This document shows positions 24,971 to 37,429 of a stretch of DNA of 64,000 nucleotides, piece after piece (position 1 is the first letter of the stretch; each line of letters begins with the position of its first letter). The notes below the pieces were generated by a model. The model was not told the origin of the DNA. It did not search any database and worked only from the letters and a program-made list of their open reading frames with translations. Source of the stretch: Callorhinchus milii (taxonomy: Eukaryota); assembly GCF_018977255.1 (NCBI RefSeq), contig NW_024704742.1:75642001-75706000 (forward strand), written 5' to 3'. Made by a program: the position numbers and the translations under genes.

Positions 24971-25283
24971 TAATAATAATCATTGCATTTGATATAGCGC
25001 ATTGCACGTTGGGAGGACATCCCAAAGCGCTTCACAGAATATACTGTAAAGTGAATTGACTGTATATTTGTGGGCGAACGCGGCAGCCAATTGCACACAG
25101 CAATGTCCCACAAACAGTCATGGATTGAAAATGACCAATTTACTATTGTTTTTGGTTTTGGAGGGATTATTATTAGATGTGTGGAGTAAGGAAACTTGCC
25201 CAAGGTTTCGCCCTGTGCCGGGAATTGAACTCAGGTCTCTCGCTTGCAAAGCGAGTGCTCTAACCACTGAGCTACAGGACTCC
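24971..25283 (-). mobile_element. Full-length young tRNA-derived SINE
   Basis: Intact A and B boxes, TGC anticodon arm, (TTA)n tail. Confidence 0.92.
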
Positions 25284-25749
25284 ATGTTCTCAGACTGCAC
25301 ATTTCACAGTGACACCTGCTAAATGCAAACGCTTTTTTAAAAAAAATACGATGTAATACTGGGAATAACTGATTCCTGGTCGCTGGGGCTGTGAGGATGT
25401 TTGATGAGCACAGCTTGGAGCCGAGCATGAAGAACACAATAGCCTCATGTCCCGTTAAACCGGGGAGCAGCTGCTGGTGGGGGGGGACCTCAGCCCAGGT
25501 GCCCTCGCCAGGGGCTTCCCCCCATGGGGAGCAGTTAAACAAAATGCAAACCTTATGTGTTCATTTGAGAGCCATCGGTTGTCAGGAGGCGCTTTACAAT
25601 TCCCAACTCACACTTCCAGCCTGACAGCCGCATCCTTTGCAGATGCACGGAACAAAAGAGAAATAACACCCTCATCCAAACCCCATCCAAACCCCACAGC
25701 AAACAGTGTGAGAGACCTCCCCACCAGGGCTGTGCTGCTCTGTGAGTAC

Positions 25750-26335
25750 AGTGTGTGTGGTGGGGTGTGTGGGTGTGTGGGGGGTGTGTGTGTGTGTGGA
25801 GGGGTGTGTGGGGGTTTGTGTGTGGGGGTGTGTATGGGGGTGTGGGGGGGAGAGTGTGGGGGGGGGGAGTGTGTAGGGGTGTGTGTGGTGTGTGTAGAGG
25901 TGTGTGTGGGGTGTGGGTGTGTGTGGGTGTGGGGGGGAGAGTGTGTGTGTGTGTGGTGGGGTGTGTGTGTGGGGGGGGGGAGTGTGGGGGGTGTGTGTGT
26001 GTGGAGGGGTGTGTGGGGGTCTGTGTGTGGGGGTGTGTATGGGGGGGAGAGTGTGGGGGGGAGGGGGAGTGTGTAGGGGTGTGTGTGTGTGTGTAGAGGT
26101 GTGTGTGGGGGTGTGGGTGTGTGTGGGTGTGGGGGGGAGAGTGTGTGTGTGGGGGGGGGAGTGTGTAGGGGTGTGTGTGTGGAGGTGTGTGTGGGGTGTG
26201 GGTGTGTGTGGTGTGGGGGGAGAGTGTGTGTGTGTGTGTGGGGGGGTGTGGGGGTGTGTGTGGGGGTGTGGGTGTGTGTGGGTGTGGGGGGGAGAGTGTG
26301 TGTGTGTGGGGGTGGGGGTGTGTGTGGAGGGGGTT
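25750..26335. repeat. GT/G-run low-complexity tract with about 200-bp higher-order repetition
   Basis: (GT)n broken by G runs; motif gtggaggggtgtgtgggggtYtgtgtgtgggg recurs near 25795 and 26000. Confidence 0.9.
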
Positions 26336-26739
26336 CGTGTGCTCTGGAGTTTGGGTGGGATCAGATAGCGAGGTCCTCGCCTCCTGCCTTCAAGCCCGTC
26401 ACACAGAGGCAGAGGAGAGCAGGAAAGTGGTCCAAAGTTATCAGCGCTTCTCTCTGCTCACGTCGAACCATGTCCTGTACAACACAGGGGAGTGTGTGTG
26501 GGTGTTGGAGGAGGAGGAGGAGGACAGGGGATCTTCACTGGGACTGTCAGAGTGAGGAGCAGGAGCTGAGAGTTTGCTGTCTCCTCCCCAGTGTCCAGGC
26601 TCTGAGTGAGACCCCTCTGGGGATAACATCCGAGACTTTTGTTTCCCCCCTTTAACATTTCAGATCGTGTACATGTTGGACAATCCTTTATTTTCTTAAA
26701 AAAAAACAGGTTTTTCCTGTCTGTTCTTTTCAGAACTGC

Positions 26740-26798
26740 CCACACCCCCCCCCCCACACACACCCCCCCCCCCACACACACACACACCCCCACACCCC

Positions 26799-26833
<35 letters not shown>

Positions 26834-26885
26834 CCCACACACACACACACACCCCCCCCACACACACACACCCCCACCCCACACC
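26740..26885. repeat. (CA)n / C-run tract
   Basis: Direct inspection. Confidence 0.95.
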
Positions 26886-27039
26886 TGCTTCGACACTCAA
26901 GACTGAAAAGTCAAGGCTGAGGTTTACACGATCTGTAACAATAATATAATACAGTAAAATAATTTTTAAAAATGAAATTGCAAATACAAAAATAAAGTGA
27001 ACTAAGTCTAATACTTAGACACAGGAGGACTCCGAACTG

Positions 27040-27059
27040 CTTCTCACTCTGGCTCTCCG

Positions 27060-27090
<31 letters not shown>

Positions 27091-28020
27091 TTGTCACTCT
27101 CTTTCTGTCTTTCTGTCGCTCTCTTTCTATCGCCCTCTCTCTCGTTCTGTCTTTCCATCATTCTCTCTCTCCCGTTCTGTCTTTCTATCACTCTCTTTCT
27201 CTGTCTATCACCCACTCTCTCTGTCTTTCTATCGCTCTCTTTCTCTCTGTCAATCACTCTCTTTCTCTCTCTCTTTGTCTCACTCTCTCTGTCTCTCTGC
27301 CTCACTCTCACTCTCTCTGCCTCACTCTCACTCTCTGCCTCACTCTCTCTCTCTCTGCCTCACTCTCTCTCTCTCTGCCTCACTCTCTCTGTCTCTCTGC
27401 CTCACTCTCACTCTCTCTGCCTCACTCTCACTCTCTGCCTCACTCTCTCTCTCTCTGCCTCACTCTCTCTCTCTCTGCCTCACTCTCTCTCTCTCTGCCT
27501 CACTCTCTCTCTGTCTCACTCACTCTCTCTCTGTCTCACTCACTCTCTCTCTGTCTCACTCACTCTCTCACTCTTTCTGCCTCACTCTCACTCTCTCTGT
27601 GCCTCACTCTCTCTCTCTGCCTCTCTCACTCTTTCTGCCTCACTCTCTCTCTCTCTCTGCCTCACTCACTCTCTGCCTCACTCTCTCACTCCCTCACTCT
27701 GTCTCTCTCTCTGCCTCACTCTCTCTCTCTCCCTCCCTCCCTCCCTCTCTCTGCCTCACTCTCTCTCCCTCCCTCCCTCACTCTCTCTGCCTCACTCTCT
27801 CACTCCCTCACTCTCACTCTCTGCCTCACTCTCTCTCCCTCCCTCCCTCCCTCACTCTCTCTGCCTCACTCCCTCACTCTCACTCTCTGCCTCACTCTCT
27901 CTCCCTCCCTCCCTCCCTCCCTCACTCTCTCTGCCTCACTCCCTCACTCTGTCTCTCTCTCTGCCTCACTCTCTCTCCCTCCCTCTCCCTCCCTCCCTCT
28001 CTCTGCCACTCTCACTCTCT
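27040..28020. repeat. About 1-kb pyrimidine-rich (CT)n tract built from CTCTCTGCCTCACT-type units
   Basis: Direct inspection; begins about 35 nt inside intron 1 of the IGFBPL1-like gene. Confidence 0.95.
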
Positions 28021-28055
28021 CCGCCCCCCCGCCCCCCGTTCTCAGCAGCACTCAC

Positions 28056-28512
28056 CGTACTTGCACTCCCCGTCGTGTGCCTTGTGGACCTTGCCGCGGT
28101 CGGCCTGCGCCGCCCTCCAGCTGGCCAGGTGCAGGGCACAGATGGTGGGGTAGCTGGCGCCGTCCGAGCCGCACACGGGGTAGTCGTGCTTACACACACA
28201 CGTGCCCGTGCCCTCCTCTTCCCTCTCCTGCCTCTCCCTCTCCTGCCGCTCCCGCTCCTGCCGCTCCCCCGCCGACGTGAGGCACACGTACCCGGGGGCG
28301 CAGCGGCCGTGCCTGAGCTCCTTGCCCCCGCACACGTCGCCCTGCACCCCGAGGCACCGCGGGCAGCAGCCGCACTCGTCCTCGCCGAGCAGCTCGGGGG
28401 CCCGGCACCGGAGCGGGGGGCAGGAGGCGGCGTCGCACTGCCCGCACTCCGCAGCCCCCGGCGCTGCCCGCCACAGGCTGCCGAGCAGCAGCACCGCCAC
28501 AGCCGCCTTCAT
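28056..28512 (-). CDS. IGFBPL1: First coding exon of a secreted IGFBP-related protein (signal peptide + IGFBP N-terminal domain + Kazal domain), most similar to IGFBPL1
   Basis: ATG at 28512 (the ORF-track start at 28536 is TTG). Hydrophobic leader MKAAVAVLLLGSLWRAAPG; IGFBP motif ECGCCPRCL; Kazal CVCKHDYPVCGSDGASYPTICAL...HKAHDGEC. Exon ends at a strong phase-1 donor G|GTGAGT (intron starts 28055); 457 nt = 152 codons + 1. EGTGxCVC and HKAxDGxC recall IGFBPL1 more than IGFBP7 or KAZALD1 (from memory). CpG-rich. Confidence 0.85.
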
Positions 28513-28544
28513 GCTCACGGCGCCGAGAGCCTCCAACCAGCCCC

Positions 28545-29077
28545 GGGGGGGGGGGGGGGTGTGTGTGTGGGGGGGGGTGTGTGAGGTGGGGGGTGTGTGG
28601 GTGTGTAAGGGTGTGTGTGTGTGGGGAGGGGGGGTGTGGGGTGTATGTGTGTGGGTGTGGAGGGGGGTGTGTGGGTGTGTGTGTGTGTGGGGGGGGGGGT
28701 GTGTGTGGGTGTGTGTGTGTGTGGGTGTGTGTGTGGGGTGTGTGTGTGTGTGGGGTGTGTGTGTGTGGGGTGTGTGTGTGTGGGGTGTATGTGTGTGGGG
28801 TGTGTGTGTGTGGGGGGGGGGTGTGTGTGTGGGGTGTGTGTGTGTGGGGTGTGTGTGTGTGTGGGGTGTGTGTGTGTGGGGTGTGTGTGTGTGGGGTGTA
28901 TGTGTGTGGGGTGTGTGTGTGTGGGGTGTGTGTGTGGGGTGTATGGGTGTGTGTGTGGGGGGGGGGGTGTGGGGTGTATGTGTGTGAGGTGTGTGTGTGT
29001 GTGGGGGGGGGGGCGGGTGTGTGTGGGGTGTGTGTGTGTGGGTGTGTGTAGGTGTTGTGTGGGTATGTGTGTGGGGG
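28545..29077. repeat. GT/G-run tract, unit near GGGGTGTGTGTGTGT
   Basis: Direct inspection; immediately upstream of the IGFBPL1-like ATG. Confidence 0.95.
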
Positions 29078-29084
29078 TCTCACT

Positions 29085-29240
29085 GAGCTCTTTGCTGTGT
29101 CTGTCTGTCTCTCCACTGCACTGCCGAGAGCTCCTGACTGCAAACTCAGCTCACCCTGTGCTGTCCTGCCCTGTGCTGTCCCGCCCGCAGCTCAGTACTC
29201 ATGGCCCCCACACACCGCCTGCCTTATCCTCATTGGAGAA
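29085..29240 (-). promoter_or_regulatory. Candidate promoter / 5' UTR of the IGFBPL1-like gene
   Basis: First unique sequence upstream of the ATG beyond the CA-rich tract. Minus-strand CCAAT (29236-29232) and GC box GCGGGCGGG (29188-29180). Confidence 0.35.
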
Positions 29241-29279
29241 CTCCCTGCACTCACACCCACACCATCACCATCATCACCA

Positions 29280-29632
29280 CCACAAATCCTTGCATTTGGC
29301 ACAGCGCCTCACCACCTGCTTCAGACAGTTTCGAAGCGCTTCGCGGAATATATTGTAAAGTGTATTTTGTGAGCCGCCGATTGCTCACAGCGGTGCCGCC
29401 ACCGACAATTGCGGATTGAGTGACCAAAGTTCTTCTTATTGTTAGTTGAAGGGATTATTCAGCCCAGAAAGCGACCCACCCATTAACTTACGGCTGGGTT
29501 CCTACTTACTGCGAGATGAACAGAGGCGTAGGGAGTCAGGAAAGTTACCTAAGGTTTTGTCATCCCTGGGAATCGAATCCCGGTCCTCTCACTTGCGAGG
29601 CAAGTTCTCTAACCAGTATGTTACAGGACTCC
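29280..29632 (-). mobile_element. Older-subfamily tRNA-derived SINE
   Basis: Head GGAGTCCTGTAAC...GGTTAGAGAAC...GGATTCGATTCCC, shared body and tail. Confidence 0.8.
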
Positions 29633-32352
29633 ACCGCAGTCAATCCGCTTTAGAGTATATTTTGTGAAGCACTTTGCAACATCTTAAAGACGTGAAAAGG
29701 CGCTATATCAAATACAGAACACGACGAAATACAAATATCATATATCTGTACTGAAAATGCACATAAAAGGTATAGATCCCAAACAAAAATGTTCCCACTA
29801 AAACCCCATTTTAAAGAGTTAGAGAAAAAATCCCTATTTTAATGATCAGTATGTGTTAGATCCCTACAGCCATTCTAAATTACTTAGTCCTACACCCTCC
29901 TATACTATTCTCCAGCAAATAATTATTCATTTCTTTTTTGAAGGAAATAATCAGCACAGTAATCGACTGCTTTTGTTGAGAGTCTGTTCAACATAACCAT
30001 AGTTCAAGGGGCAATTATTTTCTGTAATCTTGCCCTAGATGGGGCTTTTAATGTTAAACACGTGTCCTCCACTTTTATCAGTCTAACTAAAAAAACTGAT
30101 CATTTTAAATATGCCTAATTCTTGAAATATCCTGTAGTGCATTATATTTTATATAATGAGAAGCTACAGTTTATAGGCAGTTCTACTGTAGAGAGATGAT
30201 TATCCAATGTAATTCCCCCTTTGCGGATAAGCAGACAGTGCAAATAATGTTACCATTGCTGGGGTAGACATTAATAGGTTACCCTGCCAGTGTAATGCTG
30301 CCAAGTGCCTGAGGTGCGGAGGCGCTGGCGCAAGCCAATCAGCGCTTTGGGACGTCCTCCCGACGTGAAAGGCGCTCTATAAATGTAATTTTGCTGTTGT
30401 TGTTGAAATGAATGTAATGGGTCACAGCCATAGATAGATAGATTCTCCACTTAAGATGAATCTGCAGTAGAGAATTGCACCTATTTTACTTTTTTTAAAT
30501 TTAGATTTTATAATTTATACTCCATCTAGAACCTCCTGTGCTTCACCTTAGAGCTGAAAAAGTCTCATGAGGAGTCTTGTACCTGGTATGATAAAGGGAG
30601 CTTGACTTACCAGCACCATCTGTACTCTTGTCGTTATTGTCTATTTTATCATGCTAAATTTTGCAAATTTTTCTATTCTATTGTCTCACAAAGGTTTTCC
30701 CCTATCGCTCCCTTTCCCCTATGTTCTATCTACGTTCCCTCCTTCAGATTCCATCCCCATCTATGGGTATCCAGCAAACTATGTTAAGCACTTTGAATTG
30801 TCCCCCTGACATGAAAGGTGTTAGATACATGTAAATTGTATTGCATGTTCCATCCATCCACCCACCCACCAAACCCACCCACCAAACCATCCGCCCATCC
30901 CACCCATTCCATCCTGTCTCCCTCTCTGATCCTATGATATTCTCCACATCCAGTAAATCTACAATTTCTTTTGTCCTTCGAAATATAGCCTAACTATAAA
31001 GACAACATCCTTTACAAGAACAAACAGTTCAGCACCTGTTTCCATCCCAAACTGTAGAAAGTCTACTACAGAACTGACCTTTACACCTACTGTTTTATGT
31101 ACATACAAAAGCAAAATTCACCCAGCAGCCAGCCACTAAATATTAAATATCAGCATCCAATGAGATTCCTCTAAGCCCCATTCAGTTTTATGAAGCAGTC
31201 TTATGAATCCCTAATATGAACACATTCTTTTTCATCTTCCTATTAAATCACCCAGTGCTACATCTGTCTAACCAAAACCTGAGGTAACGTTCAGATGGAG
31301 TCTGTATAAAGGTCTACAGGTTCCATTGTGCTGCAGCCCTCTTAAACACTCAGTGATTGTGTGTGGGTGTATCCACCGGGTTATTTGGGGGAAGAACTTT
31401 CCAGTTCTTTAATTGAAGCAACTGATCTCACAGGGGACTCCAAATCAGGGAGATCAGAGTACTGTAACCACTGTACTACAGACTTTCATTTCACCTGTAA
31501 ATTCTGTGAGTTCTCATGTAACCAGTGTTGCGCTCACTACTGCTGAATTCTCATCCTCGCTGTGTAGTGCTAATAAATAAACTAATAACCAATACGATAT
31601 CTCACTGCATTCCTGTTGTGAGATATTGCAGAACTGAGGTTCCCTGAGGTTACTGGTCCTGTGTGATTGTGTACCAATGGTGTGGTGGACACAGCACTGC
31701 AATCTGATTAGAGATATTTTGTACACATCATTAATTAATTTCAACAAATGTTACTAGATTGTATTGGAGATAATAATAATCCTTACATTTGATATACAGT
31801 CTTTCACATCAGGAGGATATCTCAAAAGGTTTCACAAGGAATACTATAAAATGAAGTGACTGTATTTTGTAGGCAGCACAGTAGTCATTTATATTGATTT
31901 TGCTTATCTGCAGTGTTTCTGAAGTAAAATGTATTCATTGTTGCTCACAATTAAGTCATATGCTTAGTGGATGCTTCACTGTGCAAGCTGCTCACCTTCC
32001 TGCATACGTCAAAGTTACTGCCCAAAAATGCACATCATCCACACGTTGTTTGTATTGGTATAGTTGAATCATGAATACTGGAGATATTTTCCTCATCCTT
32101 CCAAAGTAGTCAATGCCTGGATAGTCAGATGTTGAGCTGGAGGACTCCCAATTTTCTTGTTTAGTTCATGTGAATATTTTGGTTGCAAGAAACAGTACAA
32201 CATGATATGATAAACATTAAGAACCTTCCCAGATTTATCATTCATCCAGAGATTTACAAAGAGCAATCAACAGTTGGAATGAGTTGCCAGGAAGGGTGGG
32301 AGAGACCAGAACATTGGACTCATATAGTAGGAGTGGAGTCCGACTATATACA

Positions 32353-32674
32353 GGAGTCCTGTAGCTCAATGGTTAGAGCACTCCCCTCGCAAGGGAGAAA
32401 CCTGGGTTCAATTCTGGGCAGGGCGAAACTTTGGGCAAGTTTCCTTACTCCACATGCCTGATAATAATCCCTCAAGAAAAAAAGAATAATAAATAGGTCA
32501 CTTCAATCCACGATTGTTTGTGGAACACTGCTGTTGGCAATTGTCTGTCGTGTTTTGTCCATAATTATACAGTCAATTCACTTCACAGTAGATTCTGTGA
32601 AGCGCTTTGAGAAGTCTCAATGATGTGAAAAAGTGCTATACCAAATGCAACAATTATTATTATTATTTATTATT
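32353..32674 (+). mobile_element. tRNA-derived SINE, moderately diverged
   Basis: GGAGTCCTGTAGCTCAATGGTTAGAGC...GGTTCAATTC head, shared body and tail. Confidence 0.88.
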
Positions 32675-32849
32675 ACATAAGAAACAGCTTAATCTTGCCG
32701 TGGGAAGATAATTGGGTTGGTATTCTTAGACAAATCATTGAACCATAGAAATGAACAGTACAGAAGAAAGCCATTCAGTCCATTGTGTGCCTGTGTTGGC
32801 TCTCAGTGTGCACAACATGTTGTTGGGATTGCAGAGGCTGAATTTTAAC

Positions 32850-33262
32850 AATAAATAATCCTTGTATTAGATATAACCCCTTATCAATACACGCAGATGA
32901 CTCAAAGAGATTCCAGAGAAATTACCTTAAAGTGCAGTGAATGTATTTTGTAGGCAAATGTCGCAGCCAATTTACACACATGATTGTTCACAAACAGCCA
33001 CAAATTGAATGACCAATTTTATCTGGAGGATTGTCGGCACTGGGAGAAACTCCTTTCTTTTTTCAAAGAGTGCCATGGGATCTGTAACGTCTACCTGAAC
33101 AGGCAGACAGGATTTTAGTTTAATGCATCATCCAAAGGACGGCGCCTCTGACACTACAACACTTGCCAGCATTACATTTGAGTATCAGACTGCGAACTAA
33201 AAGTCCTGACATGAGTCTTAAACCCACAACCTTCTGACTCCAAAACAAGCGTGATAATAACT
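32850..33262 (-). mobile_element. Deu-domain SINE, near full length
   Basis: Minus strand GAGTCAGAAGGTTGTGGGTTTAAG...GGCGCCGTCCTTTGGATGA...AGATCCCATGGCACTCTTTG. Confidence 0.78.
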
Positions 33263-33963
33263 AATAACAATTAAAAAATAAGCAGCAAATGCCTTTTTTN
33301 GGTGTAAAAGAAAATCTAGTCGTGCCACCTAAACCTTAATTTAACTATTTATTTTGCTCATTTAACTATTTATTTAAGGGTCGGCATAACTTTACTCTGT
33401 GAATTCCATCCCTATTGTCTGTGTTAAGACAAGTGTACGTAACGGCTGTTACATTTGGCACTAACCTTCTCAAGCTCATCCTAGAACAACCAGACATGTC
33501 TGTTTAGAAAGAACGTGCAACGGGGAGCATGTTGTTTTGTGTAGATATGGCACCATCTCTGTAAAGTGATCTATTGCTCTCGGTGAAAGGTGATGTACAA
33601 ATGCAAGTTGTTATTATTGTAGAATATTTTGTTTCAATGCATTCGTAAATGTATGTCTCTTTGAGGTTAAACCTGCAGGTACACGCATCTCTATCATCTT
33701 ATCTTTGCTGTGTTCAGACAGCAGCAGATTCATTGAGGCAGTCTAGGCTTAAACATTCCCATTCCTGTAGGAGCTTTTACTCCTACATTTTACTCCTCCT
33801 ATTTCAGTTGCGTAATTGATAAACAAGCTATAAAACTCTCAATTTCCTTCAATTAGTGTCGAATATTGACAATATTACAACTAAAAAGATCTTGATAACG
33901 CAATCATGGAGAGGTGAAATGTGCACTTGGAAAAGACATACAGTATTTTAAAAATGCTCCACT

Positions 33964-36900
33964 ACAACAACAACAAAAACAAACACTTAGGTTTATATAG
34001 TGCCCTCCACGCCGGACGGCTTCTCAGAGTGCTTCACAGTAACGGATCTCGGGACCGAGCCAGGGGGAGGGGGAGGAAGGTGACCAAAGGCGCGGTCGAA
34101 AAGAAAGGTCTTCAACTGAGACCTGAAAATAGGAAGAGAGGGCACGAGGCGAAGGAAGTGAGGAAGGGAATTCCAGAGCCTTGGGGCATAGTGGCTGAAG
34201 GCATGGCCGCCGAGGGTGGAGTGAGGACTCAAGGGACAAGGAGGAGGCCAGACCTGGAGGAACGAAGGCAACGGGTACGGTTTTGAGGAGAGAGGTCAGA
34301 GAGGAAGGGGGTGCAGAAGAGTGCAGGGACTTGCATACAAGGGTGAGGATCTGGAAGTCGATCCTCTCTGGGACAGGCAGGCAGTGCAGTCTGGCAAGGA
34401 CTGCAAGGGAGCGGAGTTTAGTGTGAGTGAGAATGCAGGGGGCAGAGTTTTGAATGATCTGGATTTTGTGGATGGTAGTGGATGGGACACTGGCAAGGAG
34501 GGCATTAGAATAGTCCAGCCGAGAGGTGACAAAAGCACGGACCAGGGTTTCAGTGGCTTTTGGAGAGAGGTATTGTTGGAGATGTGCAATGCATCAGAGG
34601 TGGAAGAAACCGGTGCTGGTGAGAGACCGGATGTGGGGGAGGAAGGATAATTGGGGGTCGAACCTGAACCTAGGTTGCGTACGGGTTCGGAGTATTTTAG
34701 CGGGAGATCGGGTAGGTGGAGGAGGTGAGAGCCGTAAGATTTTAGATGTTGACGAGAGCCAAAGAGTTTAGCTTCCGTCTTGTCAAAGTTCAGCTGAAGG
34801 AAATTTGCGTTCATCCAGCCCCTGAGGTCTGACAGACAGGCTGACAGAACATCAGGGGACTGGGGGCCGCAAAGAGAGGTGGAAAAATAGAGTTGGGTGT
34901 CATCTGCATACATGTGGAAATGTACCCCATGTCTGCGGATGACATCCCCAAAACGGAGCATGTAGATCAGAAAGAGGAGGGGGACAAGGATGGATCCTTG
35001 GGGTACCCCACAGGTGACCGGGTGAGAGCGGGAGGAGAAGCTGTTTGTGCAGATGTACTGCTGGCGGTTTGTGAGGTAGGACTCGAACCAGGCGAGTGCG
35101 GTCCCACTGAGGTGGATGACGGAGGAAAGGCGGTGGAGGAGGATGGCGTGATCGACTGTGTCGAATGCCGCGGAGAGGTCCAGGAGGACAAGGAGGCAGA
35201 GGGAGCCCTGGTCACAGATAGAGAGCATGTCATTTGTGACTTTCACAAGTGCAGTCTCTGTACTGTGGGCGGAAACCGACTGGAGGGGTTCGAAGAGGGA
35301 GTGGGAGGAGAGGTGTGCACGAAGTTGATTAGCAACAATGCTTTCTAGGACTTTTGCGAGGAAGGGCAGGTTAGAAATAGAATGGTAATGGCTGGGGTTT
35401 GAGGGATCTAGGGAAGGTTTTTTTGAGGAAGGGGGTGATGACAGCAGTTTTGAGGGGGGCAGCGACTGACCCAGAGGAGAGGGACTGGTTGATGACATCA
35501 GCCAGCAGTGGGCAGAGTAGAGAGAGTTGGGTGACCAGTAAGTTGGTGGGGAGGGGGTAGAGGCAGCAGGTGGTGGGTTTCATGGAGGTGATGGTGGGTG
35601 AGAGAGAGGATGGAGAGATGGGGAGGAAGGAATGTAGGATGGGGGTGGTGCTAGGAGCAGAAGATGGGGAGGGTGAGGGAGACAGAGAGGGAATGGTGGT
35701 GAGTGACAATAGGCAGGTGGATGAGGCTGCCTGGCGGATGTTGTGAATTTTAGATGAAAAGAAGTCCATGACCTCCTCACACTTGGCATTTGATGTGAAG
35801 ATTGAGGAGGCCTGAAGGGGCACATGGAGGAGGTAGTGGATGGTGGAAAAAAGGATTTTAGTGTTGTGTTTTGCCTCCAAGATGATGTTGGAGTAGAAGG
35901 TCGTTTTTGCGCGTGTCATAGTTGCCGGTGGACTGTCAGGTCAGTTTTCCGCCATCTGCACTTGAGCAGCCGGGTTTGGATTTTTAGGTGGCGGAAATGG
36001 TTGTTGTACCAGGGGAATCGGGTGGGTTTGGAGATGGTCCTGGAATTCAGGGGAACGAGGGAGTTGAAGGTGGAGGAGAGGCGATCATGGAGCAGCTGGA
36101 CGGCTGCTTCAGGATCTCTGCGGGTGGAAGGCCAGAGGGATAGGATGTTTGATGATGCAACAGCCTTTGTGAGGGTCTCGGGGCTTAGCTTTTTCCAAGG
36201 GCGGTAGAGGACAGTTGAGGGCTTGGTGGAGGAGAGAGGGATGTGAAAGGAGAAGGAGATGAGGAAGTGGTCCGAGATGGCCTTGTCCTCTATGCTGAGG
36301 TCGGAAATGTCAAGGCCATGGGTGATAACGAGGTCGAGGGCATGACCACAGTTGTAAATTGGTGAATTTATGTAAAGGGTGAGGTTTAGGGAGGAGAGAA
36401 GGGCAGTGAAGTCAGCAGTAGCGCAAGGGGAGTTTAGGTGGAGGTTGAAATCGCCCATTATGAGCAGGCGCTCAGAGCAGAGGGACAGGGAAGAGAGGAG
36501 AGTAGAGATGTCTTTGTAGAAGGATCCGGGGGGCTTAGGGGGGGGCGATAGACAAGGAGGATTTTCAATGGGAGAGAGGGGTGGAAGAGGGTGAGGTGCT
36601 CAAAGGAGGGGAACCAGCCAGAGGAGTATGAGGTAAGACCAAGGGAGGCTTTAGAAATGAAGGCCACCCCGCCGCCACGTTGGTTTGGACGGGGGGTGTG
36701 GTGGAAGGTGTAGCCTGGAGGGGAGGCTTCCACTAGGGGGACGGGGTCTTTGGGGGAGAGCCAGTTTTCGGTAAGCCCAAGAATGTCAAGATGCTCATCC
36801 AGGATGAGGTCATGGATGGTGAGGACTTTATTTGAGAAGGAAATAACATTTAGGAGGGAAATGCGGGTGCATTTGCCGGAGGGAGGGGAGGGAAGAGAGG

Positions 36901-37380
36901 AAGGAGAGAGTGATGCGGAGAAGATTTTTGAATGTACAGGAGAGATGATTGTGGAAAGTGGTATGAGTGAGTGGAGAGTTGGGGAGAGTACGTATGAGGG
37001 AGCGGGAAGTTGGTGAGCGGAGGGAGTGAATGATTGGACATGTGGGGTTGCTGCTCTGGGACAGCCAGTGCCTGGAGCCATGATGGGCCCGGCGGAGGAT
37101 GCCCAGGCTGGAGCAGAGGGAAGTGGTGATGGGGTCGAGGAGAGAGAGAAGGCGGGGAGGAGGTGGGAGAGAAGGACAGAGGGGGAGTAGAGAGACATAG
37201 AGGGAGGTGGGAGGAGAGACATAGAGGGAGGTGGGAGAAGAGACATTGGAGTGGAAGGGGAGGCTCGGGTCGATGCGGCAGCCAAAATGCGCACGCAGAG
37301 ACTGGGAGCGAGCGATCAGCGGGACGGCATCAGCCCGCAGGCTTAGCCTCCCAGGCCATGGCCGGGATGGCAGTGGCAGC
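33964..37380 (-). mobile_element. Near full-length L2-clade LINE (APE endonuclease + RT, frameshifted), no recognisable ORF1
   Basis: EN motifs LLNV, DILGLTENWL, RGGGVA, VYRPP, MGDFNLH, GHALDLV, ISDHFLI; RT motifs ISNLPFLAKVLE, LLDLSAAFDTVDH, GVPQGSIL, YADDTQLY; (TTG)n tail at about 33964-33980. Confidence 0.95.
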
Positions 37381-37429
37381 GGCTACCAGGCCATTGTTGT
37401 TGTTGTTGTTGCTGGGGATTTTTTATTTT

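Noticed and set aside
25477..29358. Many long ORFs rich in V/C/G, S/L or H/T/P (for example 27091-28584, 497 aa)
   Set aside because: They are translations of (GT)n, (CT)n and (CA)n tracts or the antisense of the real exon.
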